From Deltaproteobacteria bacterium (lineage in GTDB: Bacteria > Myxococcota_A > Polyangia > Polyangiales > Houyiibacteriaceae), in contig JAXMNT010000007.1 of assembly GCA_034670305.1 (NCBI GenBank), positions 1 through 64,000 on the forward strand: DNA of 64,000 nt. The letters run 5' to 3'. A model generated the notes under the pieces. It saw nothing but the letters and a program-made list of their open reading frames with translations. It searched no databases and was not told the DNA's origin. Positions 19,201-27,829 of this stretch are shown here, piece by piece. Position 1 is the first letter of the stretch. Every line of letters begins with the position of its first letter. The position numbers and the translations under genes are program-made.

Positions 19201-19310
19201 GCGATCCAGAGCCAGAGGGCGCCGTAGTCCGCAAGCGCCGTGCACAGACTGGCCGCGGCGCCGATGCCCGCGCCCGCGACGACAAGCTGGCTGCGGGGTC
19301 TCGGGTCCAT
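16257..19310 (-). CDS. membrane-anchored sulfatase-like/alkaline-phosphatase-superfamily protein with HEAT repeats
   Basis: Multiple N-terminal TM segments; LLVTIDALRADH, TPNLD, HFFDVHEPY, TADHGEEF, HG, RVPLI; C-terminal HEAT/PBS-lyase-like repeats (AA.ALG...D..A.P.L). Confidence 0.85.
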   Translation of the reverse strand: MDPRPRSQLVVAGAGIGAAASLCTALADYGALWLWIATWGERLEVLLRMLAFQLPLGALVGGAIGACETLRRAGTLARSKRRWPLPFVLLLAPMLLDLALRLFDGGKARTLEPLWAFKAGAFLILLGGTYTGLRVAGALHAWSERSPRVRRTIALGLLALFVAVTKIDQTVLPKLYEPLHTGSSILAWTVAGWFVVVAVPVFPPVLRFAKRQADGWRPAAWAVGLALALGANLWTIGPRLNARVALFDARASNSHSLMRAVAPLLPDGTGANREAIARARARAAERRTDLSGAPVLEDAHVLLVTIDALRADHLGAYGYDRDLTPNLDRFAAESVVFERAYAAAPHSSYSISSMMTSSYVHQLVELGRPLPTETLASLLTDSGYHTAAFYTRGVFHTEGERMRVYDESAFGFQRHDHANRVAESMADATLEELDRIMENGEPPSLLWSHFFDVHEPYRETSLGTSDIDRYDGELRNVDRAFRRLLEGLRARMTRPLIVAVTADHGEEFRDHGGLYHGSTLYEEQIRVPLILHVPGTEARRVVAPTSLVDLTPTLLALVGRAADPAMFGHDVRGRLDADPDPMPPVFGAVSYKKMVVRWPYKLVADLRFGLFELYDLSVDERERDNLAGTETELLEDLKGEIYAWLDGVAEVEDIDPNERALTLGRVRDRRAIEPLCVLLEDSEAGREDRIEAAQLLTKLTSRDARPALRRVMAGGDPLLAAEAAVALGRQRDQTAKPALERLVFGEEPSLRTRAAISLARLRDPTAVPALIDALHVSEERYEREEAVRWLGRLRDPSALEPLIEVLPDLRLRPLVVVALGDLGDPRAFGVLARTIRWETHSTVRDAVARALGSLGDARGIPLLIPLVEDVDLKYPGEALVRLGAVETGAVGGVDAESLEGREGFGDCEAGPLRHEWNYLARTVCTTTRPHVRVALKLPNDRGGRVLLVVRARRADAAPAAVVTVSTGTRESSFSVDGEGGEFRIPLDTAPRFVEFTTEDAVRLELDHVLVVPSAQPS

Positions 19311-19340
19311 GAACTCTCAGCGGGTCGGATGATGAAACTA

Positions 19341-19377
19341 CCACCGCCCCCGCGACCATCGGTTGCGGGGGCGGTGG
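19341..19377 (-). terminator. GC-rich hairpin immediately 3' of tRNA-Cys
   Basis: CCACCGCCCCCGCGACC / GGTTGCGGGGGCGGTGG 16/17-bp inverted repeat; only a weak U-tract follows. Confidence 0.55.
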
Positions 19378-19378
19378 G

Positions 19379-19453
19379 TGGAGGCGCCGACCAGATTCGA
19401 ACTGGTGAATGGAGGTTTTGCAAACCTCTGCCTTACCACTTGGCCACGGCGCC
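19379..19453 (-). tRNA. tRNA-Cys (GCA)
   Basis: GGCGCCG acceptor stem, D-loop AAGTGGTAA, anticodon arm GAGGT-TTGCAAA-ACCTC, T-loop GTTCGAATC, encoded CCA. Confidence 0.96.
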
Positions 19454-19559
19454 GGAGCGGCTGATTTGCCACCGAGAATCCTCCCAGTCAACTCCCTGAG
19501 GGCAGGTTGGCCGAAAGAAACTGCGTTTCGACCAGACAACACCGGTCGCAGCCCGCTCT

Positions 19560-20021
19560 CTACTTCTTCGAGCGCTTCTTCTTCGTCGCCTTTTTCGCCG
19601 GCTTCTTGGCGCTCTTCTTGGGCGCGCCTTCGGCCGCCAGCTTCACGCCGAGCATGCGCCACGCGTCCGGGTGAAACCCGTAGGCCTTCTGGGCGCGCTC
19701 GATGACGTCGCGGATGCCGTCCGCGTCGGTCTTGCGGGGCTTGACCCCCTGTTTGCGGAGCGTGGCGATGGTCTCCCCAATTTCGAGGAGCTGGTTGGTG
19801 TGGTCCACGACCTCGATCGGCTTGAGGGGCTTGCCACCCTTGCCCTCTTTCAATTCGTCGATCAATCGCTGGCGGCGCTTCTCAGTCCGGCCGTCGAGTC
19901 GCGCTTTCTTGGATTCCCCGCTGAGGACAGCGTTCAGTTGCCGTGCAACTTTTCGCTTCTCGATCGCCTCTGCGCTTCCGCGACCACCGCTGCTTTTCTT
20001 AGACTTCTTCGCCTTGGCCAT
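19560..20021 (-). CDS. Lys-rich basic protein with histone H1-like tail
   Basis: AGGAG Shine-Dalgarno upstream of MAKAKKSKK; C-terminal PKKSAKKPAKKATKKKRSKK. Confidence 0.8.
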   Translation of the reverse strand: MAKAKKSKKSSGGRGSAEAIEKRKVARQLNAVLSGESKKARLDGRTEKRRQRLIDELKEGKGGKPLKPIEVVDHTNQLLEIGETIATLRKQGVKPRKTDADGIRDVIERAQKAYGFHPDAWRMLGVKLAAEGAPKKSAKKPAKKATKKKRSKK

Positions 20022-20400
20022 GCTGACTCCTGATTGCTTCCCGCGACTCCGAGGAGCCGTGTCGTGTTTGTTGTGGTCGAAATGGACCAAAGAGTTGGTG
20101 GCTTCTACCCGATCTGGTGGCCTCGGGCCAGTGGTGTCGTCCATCAGTGGCCGGAATGCCGAATCAATCGCCCGACTTCGTGCGTGAAGTCACGCTCGGA
20201 CCGGGCTCAATCGGGGGACGTTCGTGCCTCGATGCGATCGCTGCGAGCCCGTCCGTCCACCAAAACCCCTTTCGTCCAATGCGTCGAGGTGCCCGATTCC
20301 TGCGGCGATGCCACCCGCCTCGACCCAGGGCAGCCCGTGTTGTCGCGGGACACAGGTGTGTGACGTCGATCGGGGACGCGGCTCGTGCTACACGCCGGGC

Positions 20401-23100
20401 ATGACGCGTTCTCAAGACAGTTTTCAGAGCCGGGCGACCATCGAAGTCGAAGGACAGAAGGTCGACCTCTTCAAACTCGACGCCCTCAAAGCCGCCGGCT
20501 TCGACGTGCGGCGCCTGCCTTACTCGATCCGGGTGCTGTTGGAGAACTTGCTCCGCAACGAAGATGGAACGACCGTCACCAAGGCCGACATCGAAGCGGT
20601 CGCGTCCTGGGACCCGCAGGCCGAACCGAGCACCGAGATCGCCTTCCGCCCGACCCGGGTGTTGCTTCAGGACTTCACCGGCGTGCCCGCGGTCGTGGAC
20701 CTCGCCGCGATGCGCGAGCAGTTCGCCCGCATGGGTGGGGATCCTTCCCGCATCAACCCGCTGCAGCCAGCGGACCTCGTCATCGATCACTCGGTGCAGG
20801 TCGACTCCTACGGTCTGATGAAGTCGTTCCGCTCCAACGTCGAACGCGAGTTCGAACGAAACGGCGAGCGCTACCAGTTCCTGAAATGGGGCCAGGCCGC
20901 GTTTCAGAACATGCGTGTGGTTCCGCCCGGAACCGGCATCGTGCACCAGGTCAACCTCGAGTACCTCGCGTGCGTCGTGTTCTCGAAGACGGAGGGGGAG
21001 AACGTCGTCTGTTACCCCGATTCGCTCGTCGGGACGGACTCGCACACGACGATGATCAACGGGCTCGGCGTGCTCGGCTGGGGCGTTGGCGGCATCGAGG
21101 CGGAAGCCGCGATGCTCGGCCAACCCATCGCCATGCTCGTGCCGCAGGTGGTCGGGTTCAAACTCTCGGGCAAGCTTCCGGAGGGTGCCACCGCGACCGA
21201 CGCCGTGCTGACGGTGACCGAGATGCTTCGTACCCATGGCGTCGTCGGGAAGTTCGTCGAGTTCTTCGGCGTCGGCATGGAGGCCCTGAGCCTCGCCGAC
21301 CGCGCGACCATCGCGAACATGGCGCCCGAATACGGCGCGACGATGGGCTTCTTCCCGGTCGACTCCGAGACCCTCGCGTACATGGCGTTCACCGGCCGTG
21401 ATCCGAAGCAGGTGAAACTCGCCGAGCGCGTCCTCGAAGAGCAGGGACTGCTGCACCATGCGGACGCACCGGACCCGGAGTTCACCAGCGTGCTCGAGCT
21501 CGATCTCAGCACGGTCGTGCCTTCGATCGCGGGCCCGAAACGTCCGCAGGACCGCATCTCGCTGAGCGCGTCGAAGAGCTCGTTCGCGAAGGTGCTCCAG
21601 GCGCTGCACGAGCAACTCGGCGACAAGGCCAAGAAGTCTGCCGAGGTCACCCTCGAACGGGAAGGCGAAGCGCCGGTCACGTTCGAACTCAAGGACGGCG
21701 CCATCGTGATCGCCGCCATCACGAGTTGCACGAACACGTCGAACCCGGCCGTCATGCTGGCTGCCGGTCTGCTCGCGAAGAAGGCGGTCGCCAAGGGCAT
21801 GCAGGTGGCGCCCTGGGTCAAGACGAGCCTCGCGCCCGGCTCCCAGGTCGTGACCGAATACCTCGACACCGCAGGACTCAGCGAGCCACTTCGCCAGCTC
21901 CGCTTTCATCTCGTCGGCTACGGCTGCACGACCTGCATCGGCAACAGCGGTCCGCTCGATCCGGTCATCCGGGACGCGATCGTGGACAACGGCCTCGTCG
22001 TCACTTCCGCCCTCAGCGGCAACCGGAACTACGAGGGTCGGATCAGCTCCCTGACCCGCGCCAACTACCTCGCGTCGCCGCCGCTCGTCGTCGCCTACGC
22101 ACTCGCGGGTACGATGGACATCGACTTCGCCACCGATCCGATGGGCAAAGACTCGGGTGGCAAGGATGTCTTCCTCAAGGATCTCTGGCCCTCCACCAAG
22201 GAGATCTCCGAAGCACTCCGCACGGCCGTCCGCAAAGAGCACTTCGAGAAGCGCTACGCGACGGTCTTCGAGGGGACCGAGGAGTGGCGCAAGGTGTCCG
22301 TGCCCCAAGGCAACACCTACAGCTGGGATGAGAAATCGACGTACATCCAGGAGCCGCCGTTCTTTCAGGGTGTCGAAGCAGGCGAACCGCCGGCGACGAG
22401 CGACATCTCCAAGGCGCGCGTGCTCGCGCTGCTCGGCGACACCGTGACGACCGACCACATCTCGCCGGCGGGTTCGATCGCCAAGGACAGCCCGGCGGCC
22501 GTGTACCTGGAGGCCGCTGGTGTCGACCCCCACGACTTCAACAGTTACGGCAGCCGGCGCGGCAACCACGAAGTGATGATGCGCGGCACCTTCGCGAACA
22601 TCCGACTTCGCAACCTGCTCGCGCCCGGCACCGAAGGCGGCGTCACCCGCCACCTTCCGAGCAACGAGCAGATGAGCATCTTCGATGCGTCGATGCGCTA
22701 CCAGAAGGACGGCGTCTCGCTGGTCGTGCTGGCGGGCAAAGAGTACGGCACGGGCTCCAGCCGGGACTGGGCGGCGAAGGGGACCTTCCTGCTCGGCGTC
22801 AAGGCCGTCATCGCCCGAAGCTACGAGCGCATCCACCGCAGCAACCTCATCGGCATGGGCGTGCTCCCGCTCGAGTTCGCGGATGGAGAGGGCATCACAG
22901 AACTCGGTCTGACCGGCGAGGAGAGCTTCGACATCGCCGGCATCGCGGGGGACCTGAAGCCGGGCGCGAAGCTCTCGGTGACCACCGACACCGGCAAGAA
23001 GTTCACGGTGAAGGCCCGTCTCGACAACCCGACCGAGGTTCTCTACTACCGACACGGCGGCATCCTGCAGTACGTGCTTCGTCAGATGGCCGAGGCCTAG
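20401..23100 (+). CDS. acnA: aconitate hydratase A
   Basis: RVLLQDFTGVP, DHSVQVD, GIVHQVNLE, GTDSHT, AITSCTN, GYGCTTCIGNSG, TTDHISPAG, GSSRDWAAKG. Confidence 0.98.
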   Translation: MTRSQDSFQSRATIEVEGQKVDLFKLDALKAAGFDVRRLPYSIRVLLENLLRNEDGTTVTKADIEAVASWDPQAEPSTEIAFRPTRVLLQDFTGVPAVVDLAAMREQFARMGGDPSRINPLQPADLVIDHSVQVDSYGLMKSFRSNVEREFERNGERYQFLKWGQAAFQNMRVVPPGTGIVHQVNLEYLACVVFSKTEGENVVCYPDSLVGTDSHTTMINGLGVLGWGVGGIEAEAAMLGQPIAMLVPQVVGFKLSGKLPEGATATDAVLTVTEMLRTHGVVGKFVEFFGVGMEALSLADRATIANMAPEYGATMGFFPVDSETLAYMAFTGRDPKQVKLAERVLEEQGLLHHADAPDPEFTSVLELDLSTVVPSIAGPKRPQDRISLSASKSSFAKVLQALHEQLGDKAKKSAEVTLEREGEAPVTFELKDGAIVIAAITSCTNTSNPAVMLAAGLLAKKAVAKGMQVAPWVKTSLAPGSQVVTEYLDTAGLSEPLRQLRFHLVGYGCTTCIGNSGPLDPVIRDAIVDNGLVVTSALSGNRNYEGRISSLTRANYLASPPLVVAYALAGTMDIDFATDPMGKDSGGKDVFLKDLWPSTKEISEALRTAVRKEHFEKRYATVFEGTEEWRKVSVPQGNTYSWDEKSTYIQEPPFFQGVEAGEPPATSDISKARVLALLGDTVTTDHISPAGSIAKDSPAAVYLEAAGVDPHDFNSYGSRRGNHEVMMRGTFANIRLRNLLAPGTEGGVTRHLPSNEQMSIFDASMRYQKDGVSLVVLAGKEYGTGSSRDWAAKGTFLLGVKAVIARSYERIHRSNLIGMGVLPLEFADGEGITELGLTGEESFDIAGIAGDLKPGAKLSVTTDTGKKFTVKARLDNPTEVLYYRHGGILQYVLRQMAEA

Positions 23101-23220
23101 CCGCTCGTCCGCTCGCCCCTTGCCGTTCAGGCAGGCACGTGCCAACCCACGGTGCTGCTTGCCCGAACCGACGGCCCTGTCTCGAACAGTGCTGGGGACG
23201 TGCAGCCCTCGGAGAACCAC

Positions 23221-23481
23221 ATGGACCAATCACTCGAAGACGAGATCAAGGTGCTCATCGTCAAGTCGCTCGACCTCGACGACGTGTCGCCGACCGAGAT
23301 CGATCCCGAAGCACCCCTCTTCGTGGAGGGACTCGGCCTCGATTCGATCGATGCGCTGGAGCTCGCGATCGCGATCGACAAGAAGTACGGCGTGAAGATC
23401 AAGGCCGAGGACGAGGCCACGCGGGAAGTGTTTCGTTGCGTCCGCTCCCTGGCCGCGCACGTCGCGCAGTCGCGCTCCTGA
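23221..23481 (+). CDS. acyl carrier protein, aryl-polyene/xanthomonadin type
   Basis: 86 aa, acidic, PLF.EGLGLDSIDALE phosphopantetheine motif. Confidence 0.9.
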   Translation: MDQSLEDEIKVLIVKSLDLDDVSPTEIDPEAPLFVEGLGLDSIDALELAIAIDKKYGVKIKAEDEATREVFRCVRSLAAHVAQSRS

Positions 23482-23547
23482 GCATCGGGCAAGACGCTGG
23501 GTGAACGCAGCCTCGAACTGAGAGGGCGCCGCGCGAGTGCGCATCTG

Positions 23548-24276
23548 GTGCGCATCCCGTTTCGTCCCTGCGCCGTCGTCCCGACGTTCGACAACCCGGG
23601 CACGATCGAGGCGGTCACCGACGCGATCCGCGCGCTCGGCCTGCCGGTGATCGTGGTCGACGACGCGAGCGGCCCAGCGGCGCGCCGGGTGCTCGAGGGG
23701 CTTCAGGACCGGGCACTGGTCCTGCGGCGTGAGACCAACGGTGGCAAAGGCGCAGCGGTGAAGACTGGGCTGGAGGCCGCCCACGAGCTGCGCTTCACCC
23801 ACGCGCTTCAGGTCGACGCGGATGGTCAGCACGATCTCGAAGCCGCAGCGGAGATGTTGGCGCGTGCCCGCCAGGATCCGAACGCCCTCGTGCTCGGGGC
23901 ACCCGTCTTCGATGAGTCCGCGCCGGAGCACCGCCGCGCGATGCGCAAGGTGAGCATCTTCTGGGTGGCCGCGGCGACGGCGCTCGAGGACAGCCCCGTG
24001 CGAGATCCCATGTGCGGTTTTCGGGTGTACCCCCTGGCCCGGACCGTCGGGCTGCTCGACCGGTGCGGAGACCGCATGGACTTTGACCCCGAGGTGGCGG
24101 TGCGGCTCGTGTGGGCCGGCTGCCCAGTGCACAACGTGCCCGTCCGGGTGCGCTACTTCTCGGAAGAGGAGGGCGGCGTCTCCCACTTCCGAGCGGTGCA
24201 CGACAACGCCCTCATCAGCCTGCTCTTCGGCCGGCTGATGATGCTGCGCTACCTCGGGGTGTGGCGCTGGCTCTGA
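23548..24276 (+). CDS. glycosyltransferase family 2 (aryl-polyene cluster type)
   Basis: VPTFDN, VVDDAS, NGGKGAA, QVDADGQHD, D.MCGFRVYPL, RMDFDPE, SHF. Confidence 0.88.
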   Translation: MRIPFRPCAVVPTFDNPGTIEAVTDAIRALGLPVIVVDDASGPAARRVLEGLQDRALVLRRETNGGKGAAVKTGLEAAHELRFTHALQVDADGQHDLEAAAEMLARARQDPNALVLGAPVFDESAPEHRRAMRKVSIFWVAAATALEDSPVRDPMCGFRVYPLARTVGLLDRCGDRMDFDPEVAVRLVWAGCPVHNVPVRVRYFSEEEGGVSHFRAVHDNALISLLFGRLMMLRYLGVWRWL

Positions 24277-24370
24277 GGTCGCGCACACTGCACACACCGA
24301 GGACTGCACGACACGCCGAGTCGACCCTAGGGTCCGGCGGGCCGAACCGGGCGTCGGCACACCCAGGAGA

Positions 24371-25600
24371 ATGGATCGCATGGCGGTATCCACAGACGTA
24401 GACGTGGCGGTGATCGGGGCAGGCCCAGGGGGCTCTTCCTGTGCCGCACTCTTGGCGGAGGCCGGGTACCGGGTGCGGGTGTTCGAACGGACGAAGTTCC
24501 CACGGTTCCACATCGGCGAGTCTCTCTTGCCGGTCGACCTGCCAATCTTCGAGCGCCTCGGATTCGACGCCAAGAGTCTGCCGAGCGTCTACAAGGCAGG
24601 CGCGGATTTCGTGGACGAACGCACCGGCGACTTCGGTCGCTTTCCCTTCTCCGAAGGGCTGCCCGGGACGCCAGCCCATGCCTGGCAGGTGGAGCGTGCG
24701 AAGTTCGACCAAGCCCTGGCAGCGCGTGCGGCAGAGCTCGGCGCGGAGGTGTTGTTCGAGACACGCGTGAACGGCGTCGACCTCGGACCGGAGTACGTCA
24801 CGATCGAGCATGCGGGCGGACCGACCACCGCGCGCTACGTCGTCGATGCGACAGGGCGCGACCGCTTGCTCTGCAAACAGCACAAGAGCTTCGAACGGAT
24901 CGAGGGCATGGGGCTGGCCGCGGTCTGGGATCATTTCACCGACGTGGACGCGAAGATCTTCGCGGAGGTCGAAGCCACCGGAAACGTCGCGGTGCTGCTC
25001 CTCGAAGACGGGTGGGGTTGGATCATCCCGCTCGCGGGGCGCACGCTGAGCGTCGGGTTCGTGAGTGCCCGACAAGGGGTGGTCTCGGACGCGTGGTTTG
25101 AGGCGTCGTTGCTGGGTTCTCCGATGTTGCAGCGCCTGACGGCGGGCGCGAAGCGCACCGGGTTGCAACGGGCGGGGGACTACAGCTTCAAGAACACCCA
25201 GCCGCACGGCGCCCGGTTCGGGTGCGTCGGAGACGCGCACGCGTTTCTCGATCCGGTGTTCTCGAGCGGCGTGACCTTCGCGCTCGAGTCCGGGGTGATG
25301 CTCGCCGATCTGCTCGCTCCGGCGCTCGCCGACGGCCGCGAATCGGACGCCGATCTCATGCATCCGATCGCAGAGAAGATGGCGCACGCACATGCGGTGT
25401 TCCGTGCGCTGATCGAGCGCTTCTACCACCGCCGGCTCGTGCAGAAGTTCTTCTTCTACGACGACCCGGATCCTGAAATCCGCGCCGGCTTCATCAGCGT
25501 GCTCGCCGGTGACGTCTGGCGCGACGACAACGTGTTCCAAGACATGTTGCTCCGAAGCCGTCGACGGAAGAAGAAGCCAATCACTCAACCCGTGGTCTGA
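24371..25600 (+). CDS. flavin-dependent halogenase-family oxidoreductase
   Basis: GAGPGG FAD motif, FPRFHIGESL, Lys in YKAGA, WGWIIP (WxWxIP), GDA..FLDPVFSSGV. Confidence 0.85.
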   Translation: MDRMAVSTDVDVAVIGAGPGGSSCAALLAEAGYRVRVFERTKFPRFHIGESLLPVDLPIFERLGFDAKSLPSVYKAGADFVDERTGDFGRFPFSEGLPGTPAHAWQVERAKFDQALAARAAELGAEVLFETRVNGVDLGPEYVTIEHAGGPTTARYVVDATGRDRLLCKQHKSFERIEGMGLAAVWDHFTDVDAKIFAEVEATGNVAVLLLEDGWGWIIPLAGRTLSVGFVSARQGVVSDAWFEASLLGSPMLQRLTAGAKRTGLQRAGDYSFKNTQPHGARFGCVGDAHAFLDPVFSSGVTFALESGVMLADLLAPALADGRESDADLMHPIAEKMAHAHAVFRALIERFYHRRLVQKFFFYDDPDPEIRAGFISVLAGDVWRDDNVFQDMLLRSRRRKKKPITQPVV

Positions 25601-25674
25601 CCCGGCACGTCGAGATACGGGCTCGTCCGAGATGCCAATTGCATCGGGTTTGGCGGGGCACTAGCGTCGTGGCC

Positions 25675-26418
25675 ATGCACCTCCCGTTCGGCAGCGTGGC
25701 GCTATGCGCTCTATTCGCCATCAGCGTCCCCTCCGTTCGTGCTCAGGACGAAGCGTCGCCGGACGCCAGCGACGACGCGGTGGCGCGCGAACTCTTCGAG
25801 GCGGGCCAGTTGTCGGCGGACCGGGGGGACTACCAACGTGCGCTGGAGCTGTTCCAAGAGTCGTTCGAGTTGAGCGACCGTCCCGTGCTGCTCTTCAACG
25901 CCGGCAACGCGGCGGAGCGACTTCGCAATGACGACTTGGCGATCGAACTCTACTCGTCTTACCTGGAGCGGCTGCCGGAAGCGGGCAACCGGGAGGCCGT
26001 CGAACGAAGGCTCGAACGCCTGCGTCGCTTGGTCGCTGAGGCCCAGACGACCGAGACCCCGGCCGAGACCCTCGAGGAAGGTCGCCGAACGAATGTGTGG
26101 GCTTGGCTGTCCGGTTCGGTGGTCGTCGCCTTCACGGCGCTTGGCATCGTTGCCCGCGTGCAAGCCAATCAGGTCTTCGCGGACCTGGAGAACGAGTGCG
26201 GCAATCCGCCGGGCTGCACCGACGAGCGCCTCCACGGATCCTCGGTGGATGCCTGGGACCGCACGACCGTCCTCGGGTTCGCCATCGCCGGTGCCGGGGC
26301 CATCTCCCTCGTGCTGTCGTTGATCCTGGGGAAGGACGATGCCGACCAGGCCGAATCGGAATCGCAGACCCGAGTGGACGTCGGTCCCACGGGCGTCCTG
26401 GTCCGGGGGACGTTCTGA
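25675..26418 (+). CDS. secreted TPR protein with C-terminal hydrophobic hairpin and terminal Phe
   Basis: Signal peptide, ARELF..G...Y..AL..F TPR, two hydrophobic segments separated by a Cys pair, ends GVLVRGTF. Confidence 0.8.
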   Translation: MHLPFGSVALCALFAISVPSVRAQDEASPDASDDAVARELFEAGQLSADRGDYQRALELFQESFELSDRPVLLFNAGNAAERLRNDDLAIELYSSYLERLPEAGNREAVERRLERLRRLVAEAQTTETPAETLEEGRRTNVWAWLSGSVVVAFTALGIVARVQANQVFADLENECGNPPGCTDERLHGSSVDAWDRTTVLGFAIAGAGAISLVLSLILGKDDADQAESESQTRVDVGPTGVLVRGTF

Positions 26419-27812
26419 TGCGCCGGCTCGCGGCGCTCTTGGTCGTGACCCTGGCAGTCATCGGCTGCCACGACGTCAACTCCATCGCCCGCTTTGACGC
26501 CGCAGGTTTCGACGCAGCGGGTCTCGATGCGGCGGGCTTCGACGCGGGCGAGGTTCCGGACACCGGACCGCGCTTGGACGTCGGTCCGGGGATGGACGCC
26601 GCGCTGGACGGTGGACCTCTGCCGGATGCGTTCGTGCCGGACGCCGGGCCGCCGCCGGAGAGCCTGGGTGCGACGTTCGAGAACACGTTCTTGGTGCGTG
26701 GTGCCGCACGACTGGGCGGCGGGATCCTCGTTGTGGGTGTGGACAACCAGGGTGATCGGGACACCGAGGACACGCGGCAAGCCCTCGCGCTCTTCTTGCA
26801 CGAAGCGGATCCTACCCAGGATTGGGCGGCGCACTACGGCGGTCCGGAGGACAACGATCAGTTTCTGGCGGTCGCCCAGACCTCGGCATCGAGGGCGGTC
26901 GTGGCGGGTGTGCAAGGCATCGCCGGAACCGCATCGGTGGCCATCTCGGAGTTCTCGGAGGCGGGCTTGACCCGAACCAGCACCTTCGTTGCCGCAGGCG
27001 GCGACGCCTACATCGCCGACATCCTGGTCACCGATGACGAGATCTTGGTGTCCGGTCGTTCGGGAGAAGACGCGGCCGTGTTCATCATCGATCTAGAGCT
27101 TTCGACGATGCAGACCCTTCGATACCCCATCGGCGGCAACTTCGCGGGTGTGGCCGCCGAGGGACGCATGATCTACGCGGCGGGTGCAATCGGCAGCGAT
27201 GCGGTGCTCGCCGTCATCCCACGCGAGGACCTTCCCAGCTCGGAACTCTTCACTCTCGCGGACGCGGAGTTCTTGAGCGTCGCGGCGACCGGCCGCGGCG
27301 CCGTCGCGGTGGGTGTGGAAGGCGGCCGCGGGTTGCGGGTGGCGTTCGGGTCCGGTGGTGTCACGGAGGTCGACAAGGCCCCCGGCCTCTCTCGTTTTCG
27401 CGAGGTCGCCATCGTGGAGGGGGCCGAACGCTACGCAGGCCTCGGGACCGGGGCGAACTCTCCCTTTGTCGCCGAGCGCGCGGGGGATGACATCGCCATT
27501 GGACGGGTGCCCGCGACCGAGCTGACGGGCAACGCGGGCCGCGCCGCGAACTTGAGAGATGGCGGGTTCTTGGCGGTGCAGGCGGCGATCGGGAACCGAG
27601 TTCAACTGGTCCGCTTCAACACGCTGGCGACCTTCGGTCGAGCGACGTGCGCCCGGACCGACCCCTCGGCGGTGTTTGTGGATGACCCAGGGCTGATGGC
27701 CAGGTTCGTGTCTGCGACGCAAGCGCCGTCGGTGACAATCGATGTGTCTCCGATGTTCCCTACGCTTCTGCAGACGCCCGAACTCATGGAGCGTGAGGCG
27801 AGCTGCCCGTAA
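26418..27812 (+). CDS. lipoprotein with FDAAG repeats and probable beta-propeller
   Basis: MRRLAALLVVTLAVIGC lipobox; TGATG overlap with the TPR gene; repetitive beta-strand pattern. Confidence 0.7.
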   Translation: MRRLAALLVVTLAVIGCHDVNSIARFDAAGFDAAGLDAAGFDAGEVPDTGPRLDVGPGMDAALDGGPLPDAFVPDAGPPPESLGATFENTFLVRGAARLGGGILVVGVDNQGDRDTEDTRQALALFLHEADPTQDWAAHYGGPEDNDQFLAVAQTSASRAVVAGVQGIAGTASVAISEFSEAGLTRTSTFVAAGGDAYIADILVTDDEILVSGRSGEDAAVFIIDLELSTMQTLRYPIGGNFAGVAAEGRMIYAAGAIGSDAVLAVIPREDLPSSELFTLADAEFLSVAATGRGAVAVGVEGGRGLRVAFGSGGVTEVDKAPGLSRFREVAIVEGAERYAGLGTGANSPFVAERAGDDIAIGRVPATELTGNAGRAANLRDGGFLAVQAAIGNRVQLVRFNTLATFGRATCARTDPSAVFVDDPGLMARFVSATQAPSVTIDVSPMFPTLLQTPELMEREASCP

Positions 27813-27829
27813 GTAGAGATCGGGCGTGA

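Noticed and set aside
19310..19453. tRNA-Cys as an integration site for an island or prophage
   Set aside because: No integrase, no duplicated tRNA 3' end noticed, and no obvious compositional shift.
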